DNA from: Patescibacteria group bacterium
GTDB lineage: Bacteria > Patescibacteriota > WWE3 > UBA101185 > UBA10185
Direction of reading: 5' to 3'
DNA: 64,000 bases
NCBI GenBank assembly: GCA_049322215.1
Contig: JBMORU010000001.1
Span: forward strand, 324,023 to 388,022
A program made the position numbers and the translations under genes. A model generated the notes under the pieces. That model saw only the letters and a list, made by a program, of their open reading frames with translations, had not been told where the DNA came from and searched no databases. Of this stretch, positions 38,241-47,408 are shown piece after piece (position 1 is the stretch's first letter; each line of letters starts with the position of its first letter).

Positions 38241-38704
38241 TGGCGGGTAAAAAAAAATTCACTAAAAAGTCGCATACTAACAGCAAAGAAAAAAAACTTG
38301 GAGAAGTTTTACTTGGTATTGATTATGGCGAACGTAACATTGGGTTAGCTTTAGGGCATAATGGGCTAACAATGCCTTTGCATGTTGTTAACGGTGCTGA
38401 CGGTTTGAGTGCCCTTAATGATATTAATATTTTAGTTAAAGAAAATAAGGTAAATAGGCTAATTATGGGTTTACCCTTAAACGCTGAAGGCAAAGAAACT
38501 ATTATGGCAAAAAAAATTAGAATTTTTGCAAAGCTTTTAAAGGTAGAGTTAAAACTTCCTGTTGATTTTGTAAGTGAATATGCAAGTTCTATTGAGTCTA
38601 TGAAAAGTGCTTTAAATCAAGATGTATCTCAAAAAAGACGTCAACTTATTGATCATTTATCTGCTGCTATAATTCTAAAAAATTATTACGAATCTCTAAA
38701 TTAA
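38240..38704 (+). CDS. ruvX: YqgF/RuvX-like Holliday-junction resolvase / pre-16S rRNA nuclease
   Basis: LLGIDYGERNIGLALG ... LIMGLPLNAEGKE matches the RNase H-fold YqgF pattern. An N-terminal K-rich extension is unusual. Confidence 0.65.
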   Translation: MAGKKKFTKKSHTNSKEKKLGEVLLGIDYGERNIGLALGHNGLTMPLHVVNGADGLSALNDINILVKENKVNRLIMGLPLNAEGKETIMAKKIRIFAKLLKVELKLPVDFVSEYASSIESMKSALNQDVSQKRRQLIDHLSAAIILKNYYESLN

Positions 38705-38708
38705 ATTT

Positions 38709-38930
38709 TTAGTCGTTTACTATTGTCATAGTAACTTCTTTAGAATCGCATTTCATGCATTGAAAGTTTTCACCGGGTTTTAAACAAGAAGGACACATAT
38801 ACATTTCGTTTTCGTATATAAGTTCATCTTGACTGCAATGATTGCATAAAAAAACCACATCGTCTCTTTCAAGTTCCCCACAGTTAGGGCAAGTAAATAC
38901 GGCATTTTCATGGTGTTGAGTATCAGTCAT
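38709..38930 (-). CDS. Small double zinc-ribbon protein (73 aa, four CxxC pairs)
   Basis: CPNC...CNHC...CPSC...CMKC read from the translation. Confidence 0.5.
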   Translation of the reverse strand: MTDTQHHENAVFTCPNCGELERDDVVFLCNHCSQDELIYENEMYMCPSCLKPGENFQCMKCDSKEVTMTIVND

Positions 38931-38997
38931 AAATAAATCGTATCATATTGACATTAGAAATCTAGTAAGATAACAAAATTTTTGTTAATCTAATTGT

Positions 38998-39174
38998 ATG
39001 ACTGTAGCAGAAATTGCTTTGTACATTTATTTAGGTATCGGTCTCATTTATGGTCTTTACATTTTGGTTAATGGCCTAGATAGATGGTATGTTTTTCCTA
39101 TTAATGTTTTAGGGGGTCCTATTGCTTTGATTTATATTGTTTATTTGGCTCTTGCCAACAAAATGCCTAAGTAG
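38998..39174 (+). CDS. Unlisted small membrane ORF (58 aa, two predicted TM helices)
   Basis: Hand translation gives MTVAEIALYIYLGIGLIYGLYILVNGLDRWYVFPINVLGGPIALIYIVYLALANKMPK. It lies below the ORF-track length cutoff and fills an otherwise empty 250-nt gap. Confidence 0.35.
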   Translation: MTVAEIALYIYLGIGLIYGLYILVNGLDRWYVFPINVLGGPIALIYIVYLALANKMPK

Positions 39175-39180
39175 GTAACT

Positions 39181-39912
39181 ATGTATAAAAATACTTTTTC
39201 AAACAAAAAAGCAGCAATATTTGATTTAGACGGTACTTTGGTAGATACCGAGAGTTACTGGAAGCGTGCTTTTTTAGCAGTTGCCAATACTTTGACCGGA
39301 TATTGGGTGTATCCTGAAGGTAAAGAGTTTTCAGGGTATTCAATGATAGATAAATGGGAACATGCTATAAGAGAGCAACCCCGAGAGGTAAATATTACAC
39401 TAGGTGAGTTGGTAGAAAAAACTAATCAAAAGTTTTTACAAATGCTTCCTGACGATTTTGATGTAAAAGATGGCTTTTGGCCTTTAACAGTTAAACTAAA
39501 AGATGAACGTGGCTTTAAACTGGGCTTAGTTACAAACACTTATAGAGAAGTAGCTAATGAAATATTAAACAAGCTTGGTATAAAACAAACTTTTGATGTG
39601 GTTATTTGTGGTGATGAGGTAGATGTTAGAAAACCAAATCCAGAAATTTATAAATTAGCTTCGGAAAAATTAAAAATTAACCCTAAACATATGATTGCCT
39701 TTGAAGACTCTGTTGCAGGAGCTACCGCTGCTTCGCGTGCCGGATTGCAAACCATAGTCATTTGGGATGGTATCAACTCTCAAGATGATTATCCTGAGTC
39801 TGTAGTTGATTTCTTACCTGACTTTACACCCATAACAAATGAGGTCATTGATAATACAACTATGGATATTTTAACTAAAGCAAAAGAGTTATTAAGCGGG
39901 AATAGCAATTAG
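39181..39912 (+). CDS. HAD-superfamily hydrolase (beta-phosphoglucomutase/phosphatase-like)
   Basis: Motif I AAIFDLDGTLVDTE, motif II LVTNT, motif IV FEDSVAG. HAD subfamily IA layout. Confidence 0.75.
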   Translation: MYKNTFSNKKAAIFDLDGTLVDTESYWKRAFLAVANTLTGYWVYPEGKEFSGYSMIDKWEHAIREQPREVNITLGELVEKTNQKFLQMLPDDFDVKDGFWPLTVKLKDERGFKLGLVTNTYREVANEILNKLGIKQTFDVVICGDEVDVRKPNPEIYKLASEKLKINPKHMIAFEDSVAGATAASRAGLQTIVIWDGINSQDDYPESVVDFLPDFTPITNEVIDNTTMDILTKAKELLSGNSN

Positions 39913-39938
39913 CTAATTAAAAAGTAAGTTATTAGTGT

Positions 39939-40355
39939 TTATCTAACGCCTACAAGTTCGCTAGCAGCAACTTCAACATCTGCTTCTTCGGTTAAGGTTT
40001 CAATATCAAAGTCTGTGAATTTAATTAACACCTCATCAACTGTAGTTAATACAGGACCAGTTTTTGCCCAACCTACCATTTCCCACAGAACTTTTCTATC
40101 ACCTTCAAAAACAGCTTCTATATGCGTTTCAGAGTGGTGATGAATTACATGAGTAGTTAAACCTAAGGCTCTAGCTTTTCTTAATATATCTGTGTGCACA
40201 ATGCCTCTTTTAACTTTTTTTGTAACGCTTCCCATTGTTTTATCTATGAGATTTGTTTTGGGATCATCAAGCTTAATATTAAGATGTAATTTTTTTACGT
40301 TTTTCATAAATTTATATGCCTCTAACGCGACAGACCACAATACCAGAAATATCAT
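39939..40355 (-). CDS. Acylphosphatase-fold protein with a substituted active site and a 40-aa hydrophobic N-terminal extension
   Basis: ALGLTTHVIHHHSETHIEAVFEGDRKVLWEMVGWAKTGPVLTTVDEV resembles the acylphosphatase core LGLTGWVRNxxDGSVEAVFEGDEEAVEKMLEWLRHGPPxARVDRV. The catalytic VRN...DG is replaced by VIHHH and the upstream VQGVxFR motif is altered. Confidence 0.5.
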   Translation of the reverse strand: MIFLVLWSVALEAYKFMKNVKKLHLNIKLDDPKTNLIDKTMGSVTKKVKRGIVHTDILRKARALGLTTHVIHHHSETHIEAVFEGDRKVLWEMVGWAKTGPVLTTVDEVLIKFTDFDIETLTEEADVEVAASELVGVR

Positions 40356-40374
40356 TTAGTGTCAACCCTGGTTT

Positions 40375-41514
40375 TTAGTTTTGTGTTTTTGGAAATTCGT
40401 AAACAATATGTCTAACCTTTTTGTTTAGATCTTCAAGTGAGCCTTTATTCACAATTCTTATGTGGGGAACAGTTGCGTATTCACGTGCGTCAATGTCTCT
40501 TTCAACTGTAGCAGGAGTAGCTTCGCTTGTGTCTCTTTCTTCGTATTCAGGAGATGCAGGAGAAATTCCTTTTTCTACAACATCTAGTGTGGCAGCTAGT
40601 GTTTCCATTGCAATTTCTTCTTCTGATCTTATTCTTGCCAAGGCATTTTCTTTGGTAGTCACTACGTCAATATAAGTAACATTCATTTCTTCCGGAGGGG
40701 TGTTTAGTTTTTCTGCAACTTTTGCTACAGCGGCTTGTCTTTTACCTTCGGTTAAGTTTGTTGCATCTAAAATTGCCATTCCACCTTGTTCTAGCACTTG
40801 CGCTGCATTTGCATACACTAAATCATAAACTTCTTCTCTACGCTCAGCAGAGTAAAGGCGCTTATTAACTTCGTTGTTAAAAGCTTTTTGAGAAATTTTG
40901 GTAGGGTATCCGGGAACTAATTTTCTTGTTTCTTCTGTTTCGTCTTCTGCAAAGGCTAAATTTAATTCACCGTTTTGGAGCTCTTGCGCTATCTCTTGCA
41001 AAACATCAAGCTTTACTAAGTTTCTTAAATTGTCTGTATTAACGTGATCCACATATAAATCAGGGTTTTCTTCGTTAAGTTTTTGCACTAGCGCTTTTGA
41101 TACACTTCCCTTTCCCGCACGTGGGGGTCCAAATATAATAACTAATTGGTTTCCTTCTGGTTTCAGTTTTTCACTTGGTTTTAACAATTCAGGGGGGATT
41201 CCAAGTTCACGGGATTCTAAAAAGTCTCTGATTTCTTGCGGGGGTCTGCCTTGTGCAACCATTTCATCATAAGCAGTATTTATTTCGTTAGCTTCGTCCC
41301 ACAACTCGTCTCTTAGTTTTATATAGTCATATGCGTCTTCAATTGTTTCTATATCTTCATCATCTAAATGTTTAATTACTTCATGTACTGTAAAAGCTGC
41401 CTGTTCTTTACTTTCACCCTTTTCTATTACATCGTCGTAAATACTATTTATTTCATTTGCTTCATCAAATAAATCAGGATCAATTTCACTTATTGGGGTG
41501 TAGCCTTCTGCCAT
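40375..41514 (-). CDS. P-loop NMP-kinase-like protein (GPPRAGKGS) with N-terminal tandem helical repeats and a long C-terminal extension (379 aa)
   Basis: Walker A IIFGPPRAGKGSVSKAL matches the adenylate-kinase-type GxPGxGKG[ST]. ILDATNL resembles the PNK/AAA_33-type D-x-T-N motif. The N-terminus has two copies of LxDEANEINxxYDxxVxxG. Confidence 0.5.
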   Translation of the reverse strand: MAEGYTPISEIDPDLFDEANEINSIYDDVIEKGESKEQAAFTVHEVIKHLDDEDIETIEDAYDYIKLRDELWDEANEINTAYDEMVAQGRPPQEIRDFLESRELGIPPELLKPSEKLKPEGNQLVIIFGPPRAGKGSVSKALVQKLNEENPDLYVDHVNTDNLRNLVKLDVLQEIAQELQNGELNLAFAEDETEETRKLVPGYPTKISQKAFNNEVNKRLYSAERREEVYDLVYANAAQVLEQGGMAILDATNLTEGKRQAAVAKVAEKLNTPPEEMNVTYIDVVTTKENALARIRSEEEIAMETLAATLDVVEKGISPASPEYEERDTSEATPATVERDIDAREYATVPHIRIVNKGSLEDLNKKVRHIVYEFPKTQN

Positions 41515-41596
41515 ATAACAAATGGTAGACTACATTTTCCTTTAAAACCAGCCACAAACTTTTTATTAAAAAAAAGTATGTTACAATGAGCGGTGA

Positions 41597-43096
41597 TTGG
41601 AGGAAAGTAAAATTATGAATAAAGGATTAAACTATTTAAAATCTGGAGAGATTTTTTCAGGTGATGTAAAAATTATTAAAAAGGCCAAACCAGGTCCAGT
41701 TGTTTTTATTGTAACAAATGGTGCAGGTGCTATTGAAGCTGTTATTAAAGACTCTGACTTTGAAGTGGGAGATGTTGTGTTTTTAAAAGGTCATGTAAAC
41801 GAGCATAGAGGTAGACTACAAATTGAAATCGAAAAAATAACCAAATCTGATATGGATTTTGACACAATTGTTAATGAAAAAGCTAAACCTGTAAGAACTG
41901 AATTTAGTATTGAATCAGACAGATACGAAAAAATGAAACCTGTAATGATCAAAATAGCAACTCGTATAAGACGTGCTATTTTAGAAGGCCAGCCTATTAT
42001 GATACGCCATCACAATGATGCGGATGGGATTACATCAGGAGCTAGTATTGAGCACGCATGTTTAGGATTTATGCAATCTTTAGGTATAGATTCAAGATAC
42101 TTACTATTTAGAAGTCCTTCACGTGCTCCTTTTTACGCTGCGGGTGATGTTTTAAGAGATTTAGTTCTTTCTAAGCGCTTTGTAGAGGGTGATTCAAATA
42201 TTAAACCTTTAATTATTGTTGCAGACAATGGTTCTACTCCCGAAGATGTAATGGGTTTGAAAACACTAAAAACTTTGGGATACGAAGCAATGGTTATTGA
42301 TCATCATAATCCTGTTGTGTTAAATAATGGTGTTACAGCTATTGATGATTATGTTTCATTACATTTAAACCCATATAAACATGATTTAGACAGCAAAACG
42401 TCTGCAGGAATGCTTTGTTACGAAATAGCACGTTTTGTTTATGAAGACTTTAACAACGAAAAGATGCCCGCAGTTGCAGGAATTGCTGACAGATGTGATA
42501 TAGAAGAAACAGAAAAATATATTCAAAAAACGGGTTTATCTAGAGAAGAATTATCAAAAATTGGTACCGCAATGGACTACATTTCTTACCAACTCAGGCA
42601 TGATGCAGGAAAAGGTGTTTACGAGGAACTTTATGAAAATATGGGTTTTGTAAACATAATTAACGAAGAAGTTAGAAAAGGTTCTGAGAACCAATTACAA
42701 AGTACATTACCTTACTTACGTACCTTTAATATTAACGAAATAATCTTTTCTACAATTGACTTAGAAAAGTACACTATGCGCTTTACGTTTCCGGCTCCGG
42801 GTGGTGTTTTAAGCAGAATTCATGAAATAGTAAATTCTAACAATGAATCTAGTCCTGTGCTAACAATGGGTTATTTGTCGGATATGATTATTGTGCGTGC
42901 AAATCAGCCTATTTTACCGGTTCAAGTTATTATTGATCACTTAAAAGAAAAGTTTCCCGCAGCAAATGTAGATGGTGGGGGTCACGAAATGGCTGGAGCT
43001 ATTAAGTTTGTTAGTGCCCATCAAGAAGAGATTTTAGAGGAAATTAAAGAAATGTTAAAAGGTGTTACTTTACCTAAGGCTGATTCTGAAATTTAA
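41597..43096 (+). CDS. DHH-family phosphoesterase with an N-terminal OB-fold (RecJ-like / archaeal-type RecJ architecture)
   Basis: OB-like N-terminus (GDVVFLKGHVNEHRGRLQIEIEKI), motif I IRHHNDADGITSGAS and motif III MVIDHHNP. Confidence 0.65.
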   Translation: MEESKIMNKGLNYLKSGEIFSGDVKIIKKAKPGPVVFIVTNGAGAIEAVIKDSDFEVGDVVFLKGHVNEHRGRLQIEIEKITKSDMDFDTIVNEKAKPVRTEFSIESDRYEKMKPVMIKIATRIRRAILEGQPIMIRHHNDADGITSGASIEHACLGFMQSLGIDSRYLLFRSPSRAPFYAAGDVLRDLVLSKRFVEGDSNIKPLIIVADNGSTPEDVMGLKTLKTLGYEAMVIDHHNPVVLNNGVTAIDDYVSLHLNPYKHDLDSKTSAGMLCYEIARFVYEDFNNEKMPAVAGIADRCDIEETEKYIQKTGLSREELSKIGTAMDYISYQLRHDAGKGVYEELYENMGFVNIINEEVRKGSENQLQSTLPYLRTFNINEIIFSTIDLEKYTMRFTFPAPGGVLSRIHEIVNSNNESSPVLTMGYLSDMIIVRANQPILPVQVIIDHLKEKFPAANVDGGGHEMAGAIKFVSAHQEEILEEIKEMLKGVTLPKADSEI

Positions 43097-43166
43097 CCTT
43101 TAGGTTTAAAAAAAAACCAAGTTGACAAAATATTTTGTTTATATTGCCAACTTGGGTACGTGTTAC

Positions 43167-43613
43167 TTAAAACCCAGGAATTTCAATAAGCATGCTTAAC
43201 CCATAGGTTCCGAGTACGATGTAGGCTAGTGTTTCAGGCATTTGGATTAAGAACTCAATAAAGGTGACGATCGCTATAACCACAACGCCCTGTTTGTCTA
43301 GCAATGTTTCAAGCTCAGTTGGAGGTTGCAGCGCACCTGTAAAGTAGCTTATTACGATCACAATTAGCACCGCGGCATACCAAAGGTATTTATGTGAACG
43401 CACTTCTCTACTTACGAACTCACCAAACAGAATTACCGAGCCGAAGGTTACTACCGCTGGTTCTAATGGGTGTAGCACTCCTGGAGTCTGTGCCAATACG
43501 ATTAGAAACAGAGCTGGAACGATATATAAGATATCTTTTGGCATAAAAACCGTTTTTCCTGCTGGCCAAACTATACGTTTATACGAATTAGTCGGGATTT
43601 GTTTGTTGCTCAT
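43167..43613 (-). CDS. Hypothetical polytopic membrane protein (148 aa)
   Basis: Four hydrophobic helices and no motif. Confidence 0.5.
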   Translation of the reverse strand: MSNKQIPTNSYKRIVWPAGKTVFMPKDILYIVPALFLIVLAQTPGVLHPLEPAVVTFGSVILFGEFVSREVRSHKYLWYAAVLIVIVISYFTGALQPPTELETLLDKQGVVVIAIVTFIEFLIQMPETLAYIVLGTYGLSMLIEIPGF

Positions 43614-43732
43614 ATTATTTATCTCCTTACTCTGACCAATATTTGCATCAAATTATACATCAGTTGACCTATAGTGTAAATACTGTCGTTTATGTTATTT
43701 TCAACTAAGTTGTTTGTGATACTATATCTCCA

Positions 43733-44077
43733 ATGCAAAGCCTTAAAGAAACTATTGAGTATGAAGATTTCGCCAAACTCGACATTCGGGTTGGTACCAT
43801 TGTCTCGGTAGAACCTGTTGAAGGATCTAGTAAACTTTTGAAATTACAGGTTAATTTTGGTGAAGAAGAAAGACAAATATTAACCGGAATGCAAAAGTGG
43901 TACAAACCGGAAGATTTCGAAGGAAAACAGTCTTTATTTATTGTTAACTTAGCTCCTCGCAAAATGATGGGTTTGGAATCGCAGGGTATGTTGCTTTCGA
44001 TTGGATCTGATTTTAGTAAAAAACCCATATTAATTCTTCCTAGTAATCCTGCTGAGAACGGCGACGGCGTTGCTTAG
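43733..44077 (+). CDS. tRNA-binding protein (CsaA/Trbp111/EMAP-II-like OB domain)
   Basis: FAKLDIRVGTIVSVEPVEGSSKLLKLQVNFGEEERQI...NLAPRKMMGLESQGMLLS is the classic tRNA-binding domain signature. Confidence 0.7.
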   Translation: MQSLKETIEYEDFAKLDIRVGTIVSVEPVEGSSKLLKLQVNFGEEERQILTGMQKWYKPEDFEGKQSLFIVNLAPRKMMGLESQGMLLSIGSDFSKKPILILPSNPAENGDGVA

Positions 44078-44136
44078 TGACACCCCATAGTATATAATAC
44101 TCGTACAAAACACAAATCTATAAAAAGGAGGGTAAC

Positions 44137-44727
44137 ATGACGTTACTGCTGTATATTTTAGTCGCCTTCTTCTTAGTTCGTTTTTTTGTTTGGTTTTACT
44201 TGCAAACGCTTATTGCTGAACTAGAAAAAATAGTTGAGGATATTAACGAAAATTTTAGTCCTTACTATTGGGAGGCAATAAAAAATTACCACTTACATGC
44301 AGAAGCTGGTGAAAAAGCACTAAAGCGAGCCTTTAGAGATATTGATGATATTGATGAGGCTGCAACTCAGGCTTTTGGTTATCATATTAAACAACTACGA
44401 AGTTTGAGTGATGTACGCTTTTATATAAAAAGTGAGGCCAAAGCAAGAAAACTTCAAAAGCAAGGTACTTCTTTATATGTTAAGGCTTTGCCTTGTGCTG
44501 CGTTTTTGCATTTAGGTTCCTATGGTGGAAAATTAACCGATTATTTTGTGCGCAGAAAAATTACAAATGTCGGGTACTATAAAAATCAAATGGGATCTTA
44601 CCTAATTGCAGCAGAGCAATTTAGAGGTAGTTTAATTGTAAACGATATAAAGTGGTATCAAGCATTAGCTATGCTAGAAAGCCGACTAGCTGCGTTAAAA
44701 GCTGCTAAAATATTTTTTATCATTTAG
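44137..44727 (+). CDS. Hypothetical protein with an N-terminal TM helix (196 aa)
   Basis: RBS aaaggagg. No motif recognised. Confidence 0.5.
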   Translation: MTLLLYILVAFFLVRFFVWFYLQTLIAELEKIVEDINENFSPYYWEAIKNYHLHAEAGEKALKRAFRDIDDIDEAATQAFGYHIKQLRSLSDVRFYIKSEAKARKLQKQGTSLYVKALPCAAFLHLGSYGGKLTDYFVRRKITNVGYYKNQMGSYLIAAEQFRGSLIVNDIKWYQALAMLESRLAALKAAKIFFII

Positions 44728-44782
44728 GGTTTTACTTGTATGCCTACATGTCATATAAGTTTAACCCTTTTCTTTTGTTATA

Positions 44783-46000
44783 ATGCAACTCATGGCAAGT
44801 TATGCTCCAAAAAAATATTTAATAGAAACGCTTGGATGTCAGGCTAACGTGGCGGACTCTAACACAATGACTGGAATTTTAGATTCTCTTGGATTTGAGC
44901 CTGCAACGTCATTTGATGAAACAGACTTATTTATTGTAAACACGTGTTCTGTAAGGCAAAAAAGTGAGGATAAGGCCTATGGAATGGGAAAAAAGGTTTT
45001 AAAACGTCAGCGTGAAAAAGGTAACAAACCTTTTACTATTATGTCTGGCTGTATGGTTGGTTCTGTAACAGGTGATAGGCAACGCTATGAATTCGAAGAA
45101 CTTCAAAAACGTACTCCCTGGGTAGATGCATATATGAACCCTTCGCAACTTATGGATTTGCCCAGAGTGTTAAAAGAGGGAAATATGTTAAGTGAATGGG
45201 CTTTACAAAAGTTTGACCCAAACAATGTAATTGCTAGTCAATCTGACAATAGGCATGCTTTTGTAAATATATCATCAGGCTGCGACAATTTTTGCACATT
45301 TTGCGTGGTTCCTTACGCCAGGGGACAGGAAACATCAAGGAAAAAAGAACACATTATAGGAGAAATCAAACACCTATTAAAGCGTGATATAACAACAATA
45401 ACTTTATGTGGTCAAAATGTAAATTCTTGGGGTTTAGATATGTCTGAAAAGTTTAATATTCGTACTGGAAGTGATCAAAAGCTTCCTTTTGCACAGTTGC
45501 TTAGGGAAGTGCATGAACTTCCAAACATAGAAAAAATCGATTTTATTTCCTCAAACCCGTTTGATTTCACAAAAGACTTAATTGAAACTTTAAAATTACC
45601 TAAAATTTCAGACTATCTTCATATTGCGGTTCAGTCTGGGAATAACGACGTCTTAAAAAGAATGAATAGAAGACATACTGTAGAGGAATTTATTGCCTTA
45701 ATGGATTTGATAAAAGAAGCAAAGCCTACTGTAGAACTTGGCACAGATGTAATTGTTGGTTTCCCTGGTGAAACCCGCGAACAATTTATGGACACTGTTA
45801 AACTTTTTGAAAAAATTAAATTCAACGTTGCATATATTTCTATATACTCACCAAGAAAAGGTACACCTGCTGAAAAATTTTTTAAGGATGATGTTTCGGT
45901 AGAAGAAAAAAAGTGGCGTCACGCGTATTTAACTGATATTTGGGTTAATAATAAGCCTGAAAGAATTTTCATTAGCAATGAAACAAGTAATATCCAATGA
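44783..46000 (+). CDS. miaB: Radical-SAM methylthiotransferase, MiaB-like (tRNA ms2i6A37)
   Basis: MTTase N-domain (YLIETLGCQANVADSNTM) and radical-SAM CxxxCxxC (SGCDNFCTFCVVPYARG). Adjacent to and overlapping miaA. The C-terminus is short, so the TRAM domain may be reduced. Confidence 0.7.
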   Translation: MQLMASYAPKKYLIETLGCQANVADSNTMTGILDSLGFEPATSFDETDLFIVNTCSVRQKSEDKAYGMGKKVLKRQREKGNKPFTIMSGCMVGSVTGDRQRYEFEELQKRTPWVDAYMNPSQLMDLPRVLKEGNMLSEWALQKFDPNNVIASQSDNRHAFVNISSGCDNFCTFCVVPYARGQETSRKKEHIIGEIKHLLKRDITTITLCGQNVNSWGLDMSEKFNIRTGSDQKLPFAQLLREVHELPNIEKIDFISSNPFDFTKDLIETLKLPKISDYLHIAVQSGNNDVLKRMNRRHTVEEFIALMDLIKEAKPTVELGTDVIVGFPGETREQFMDTVKLFEKIKFNVAYISIYSPRKGTPAEKFFKDDVSVEEKKWRHAYLTDIWVNNKPERIFISNETSNIQ

Positions 46001-46880
46001 AATAAAGGTTATAGTAGGTCCCACTTCTAGTGGCAAGACTTCCCTAGCTATAAAAATTGCAAAAGAGCAAGGAAACACTTCTATAGTTTCGGCGGATTCA
46101 CGTCAAATATATAAACATATGGATATAGGTACAGGTAAAGTACCTGTTGACGCAAGTTACCCTTGGGAGAAAAAAGCAGATAAGTATGTTTTAAATGGCA
46201 TTGATGTTTGGGGCTATGATTTGGCTTTGCCTGACGAACCTTTTACAGCAGTAGATTATGCTAAGTATGCCTTAACAAAAATGAGGGAGTTGTTGAATTC
46301 TGGCGAGAGAGTGTTGCTTGTGGGTGGAACTGGGTTTTACATTGATGTTGTATGTAAAAGAATAGTTTTAGATTTGGGCGAACCTGATTTAGAGCTTAGA
46401 AATACCCTTGAAAAACAAGCACTTAAGGATTTAGTGAAAAAGTTAACGTCGTTAAACCCAGAAGTGACTTTTTCTATAGATTTAAAAAACAAAGTTCGGG
46501 TGGTTCGTGCTATTGAGCGAGAGTTAAACAATTCTAACCCCCCTACCCTACTCCCCTATCTTACTAACGTTAATTTTGAATTTTTAGGTTTAACTTTTGA
46601 TCGTGACATTTTATATAAGCGTGCCGATTTATGGCTCGAACAAATTTGGGAAAATGGGCTAATTGATGAAACGCAAAAATTACTTTCAATGGGATTTGAA
46701 AACTCTCGACCTCTTAGGGGATTGATTTATAAAAGTGTGGTTTCTTGTTTAAATGGAGAACTAACTGAAAAGGAAGCTAAGCAGCGTTGCAAGTTTGACT
46801 TGCATGCATACATTAGGCGTCAACAAACTTGGTTTAAACGAAATAATGAAATAGAGTGGAGCGGGACTAATACCCTATAG
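45978..46880 (+). CDS. miaA: tRNA dimethylallyltransferase
   Basis: P-loop VIVGPTSSGKTSLAIKIAKE and a DSRQIYK-type motif (ADSRQIYKHMDIGTGK). Overlaps miaB by 23 nt. Confidence 0.8.
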   Translation: MKQVISNEIKVIVGPTSSGKTSLAIKIAKEQGNTSIVSADSRQIYKHMDIGTGKVPVDASYPWEKKADKYVLNGIDVWGYDLALPDEPFTAVDYAKYALTKMRELLNSGERVLLVGGTGFYIDVVCKRIVLDLGEPDLELRNTLEKQALKDLVKKLTSLNPEVTFSIDLKNKVRVVRAIERELNNSNPPTLLPYLTNVNFEFLGLTFDRDILYKRADLWLEQIWENGLIDETQKLLSMGFENSRPLRGLIYKSVVSCLNGELTEKEAKQRCKFDLHAYIRRQQTWFKRNNEIEWSGTNTL

Positions 46881-46967
46881 TTTACAGATGGGCTTTACTA
46901 TATTATAATAAGTCTTACTGATATCATTTCTGCCACTTACAAATAAAAAAACATAAGGAGATTAAGC

Positions 46968-47297
46968 ATGAAAATCAAACTTCATGGTTCTGACATTGCA
47001 CGAGGTGTTTTTCAAAAGTTAGCCCCAGGTCTTAAATCCCCCTTACCTGCTAAAGGAAAAACATTGCAAATCAACGTTCAGCTCAATGTACGTGAAAAAG
47101 AAGGCAGTCCGGGAGAGTACGAAGTTGTGCTTGAAAATTTACCGTTGCAAAACTTATTGAAGCAAGCGCAACGCGAAGGTGCTGAAAAAGTAATTGCTAT
47201 GCTTGAGACCAAGCGCACGGTAGCATTCGACTCCTGGTTCACAGATGATTCACGAAAAGCTTGGAGTTGGTTCAACGACTGGAAGCCCTTCAAGTAG
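46968..47297 (+). CDS. Hypothetical small soluble protein (109 aa) with noticeably higher GC than its neighbours
   Basis: Strong RBS aaggag, followed by a strong terminator. No motif recognised. Confidence 0.45.
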   Translation: MKIKLHGSDIARGVFQKLAPGLKSPLPAKGKTLQINVQLNVREKEGSPGEYEVVLENLPLQNLLKQAQREGAEKVIAMLETKRTVAFDSWFTDDSRKAWSWFNDWKPFK

Positions 47298-47310
47298 CCC
47301 ACTATACCAA

Positions 47311-47366
47311 GGGGAATCGGTACTAAGTTAGCTAAAACTAATTTATACCGATTCCTCTTTTTTTTA
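47311..47366 (+). terminator. Rho-independent terminator (ggaatcggta ... taccgattcc + T8)
   Basis: 10-bp perfect stem, 23-nt loop and a T-run read from the sequence. Confidence 0.65.
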
Positions 47367-47408
47367 CTTTAGCTCTACAAACCCTTATAATTCTAGTATT
47401 ATTGAATC

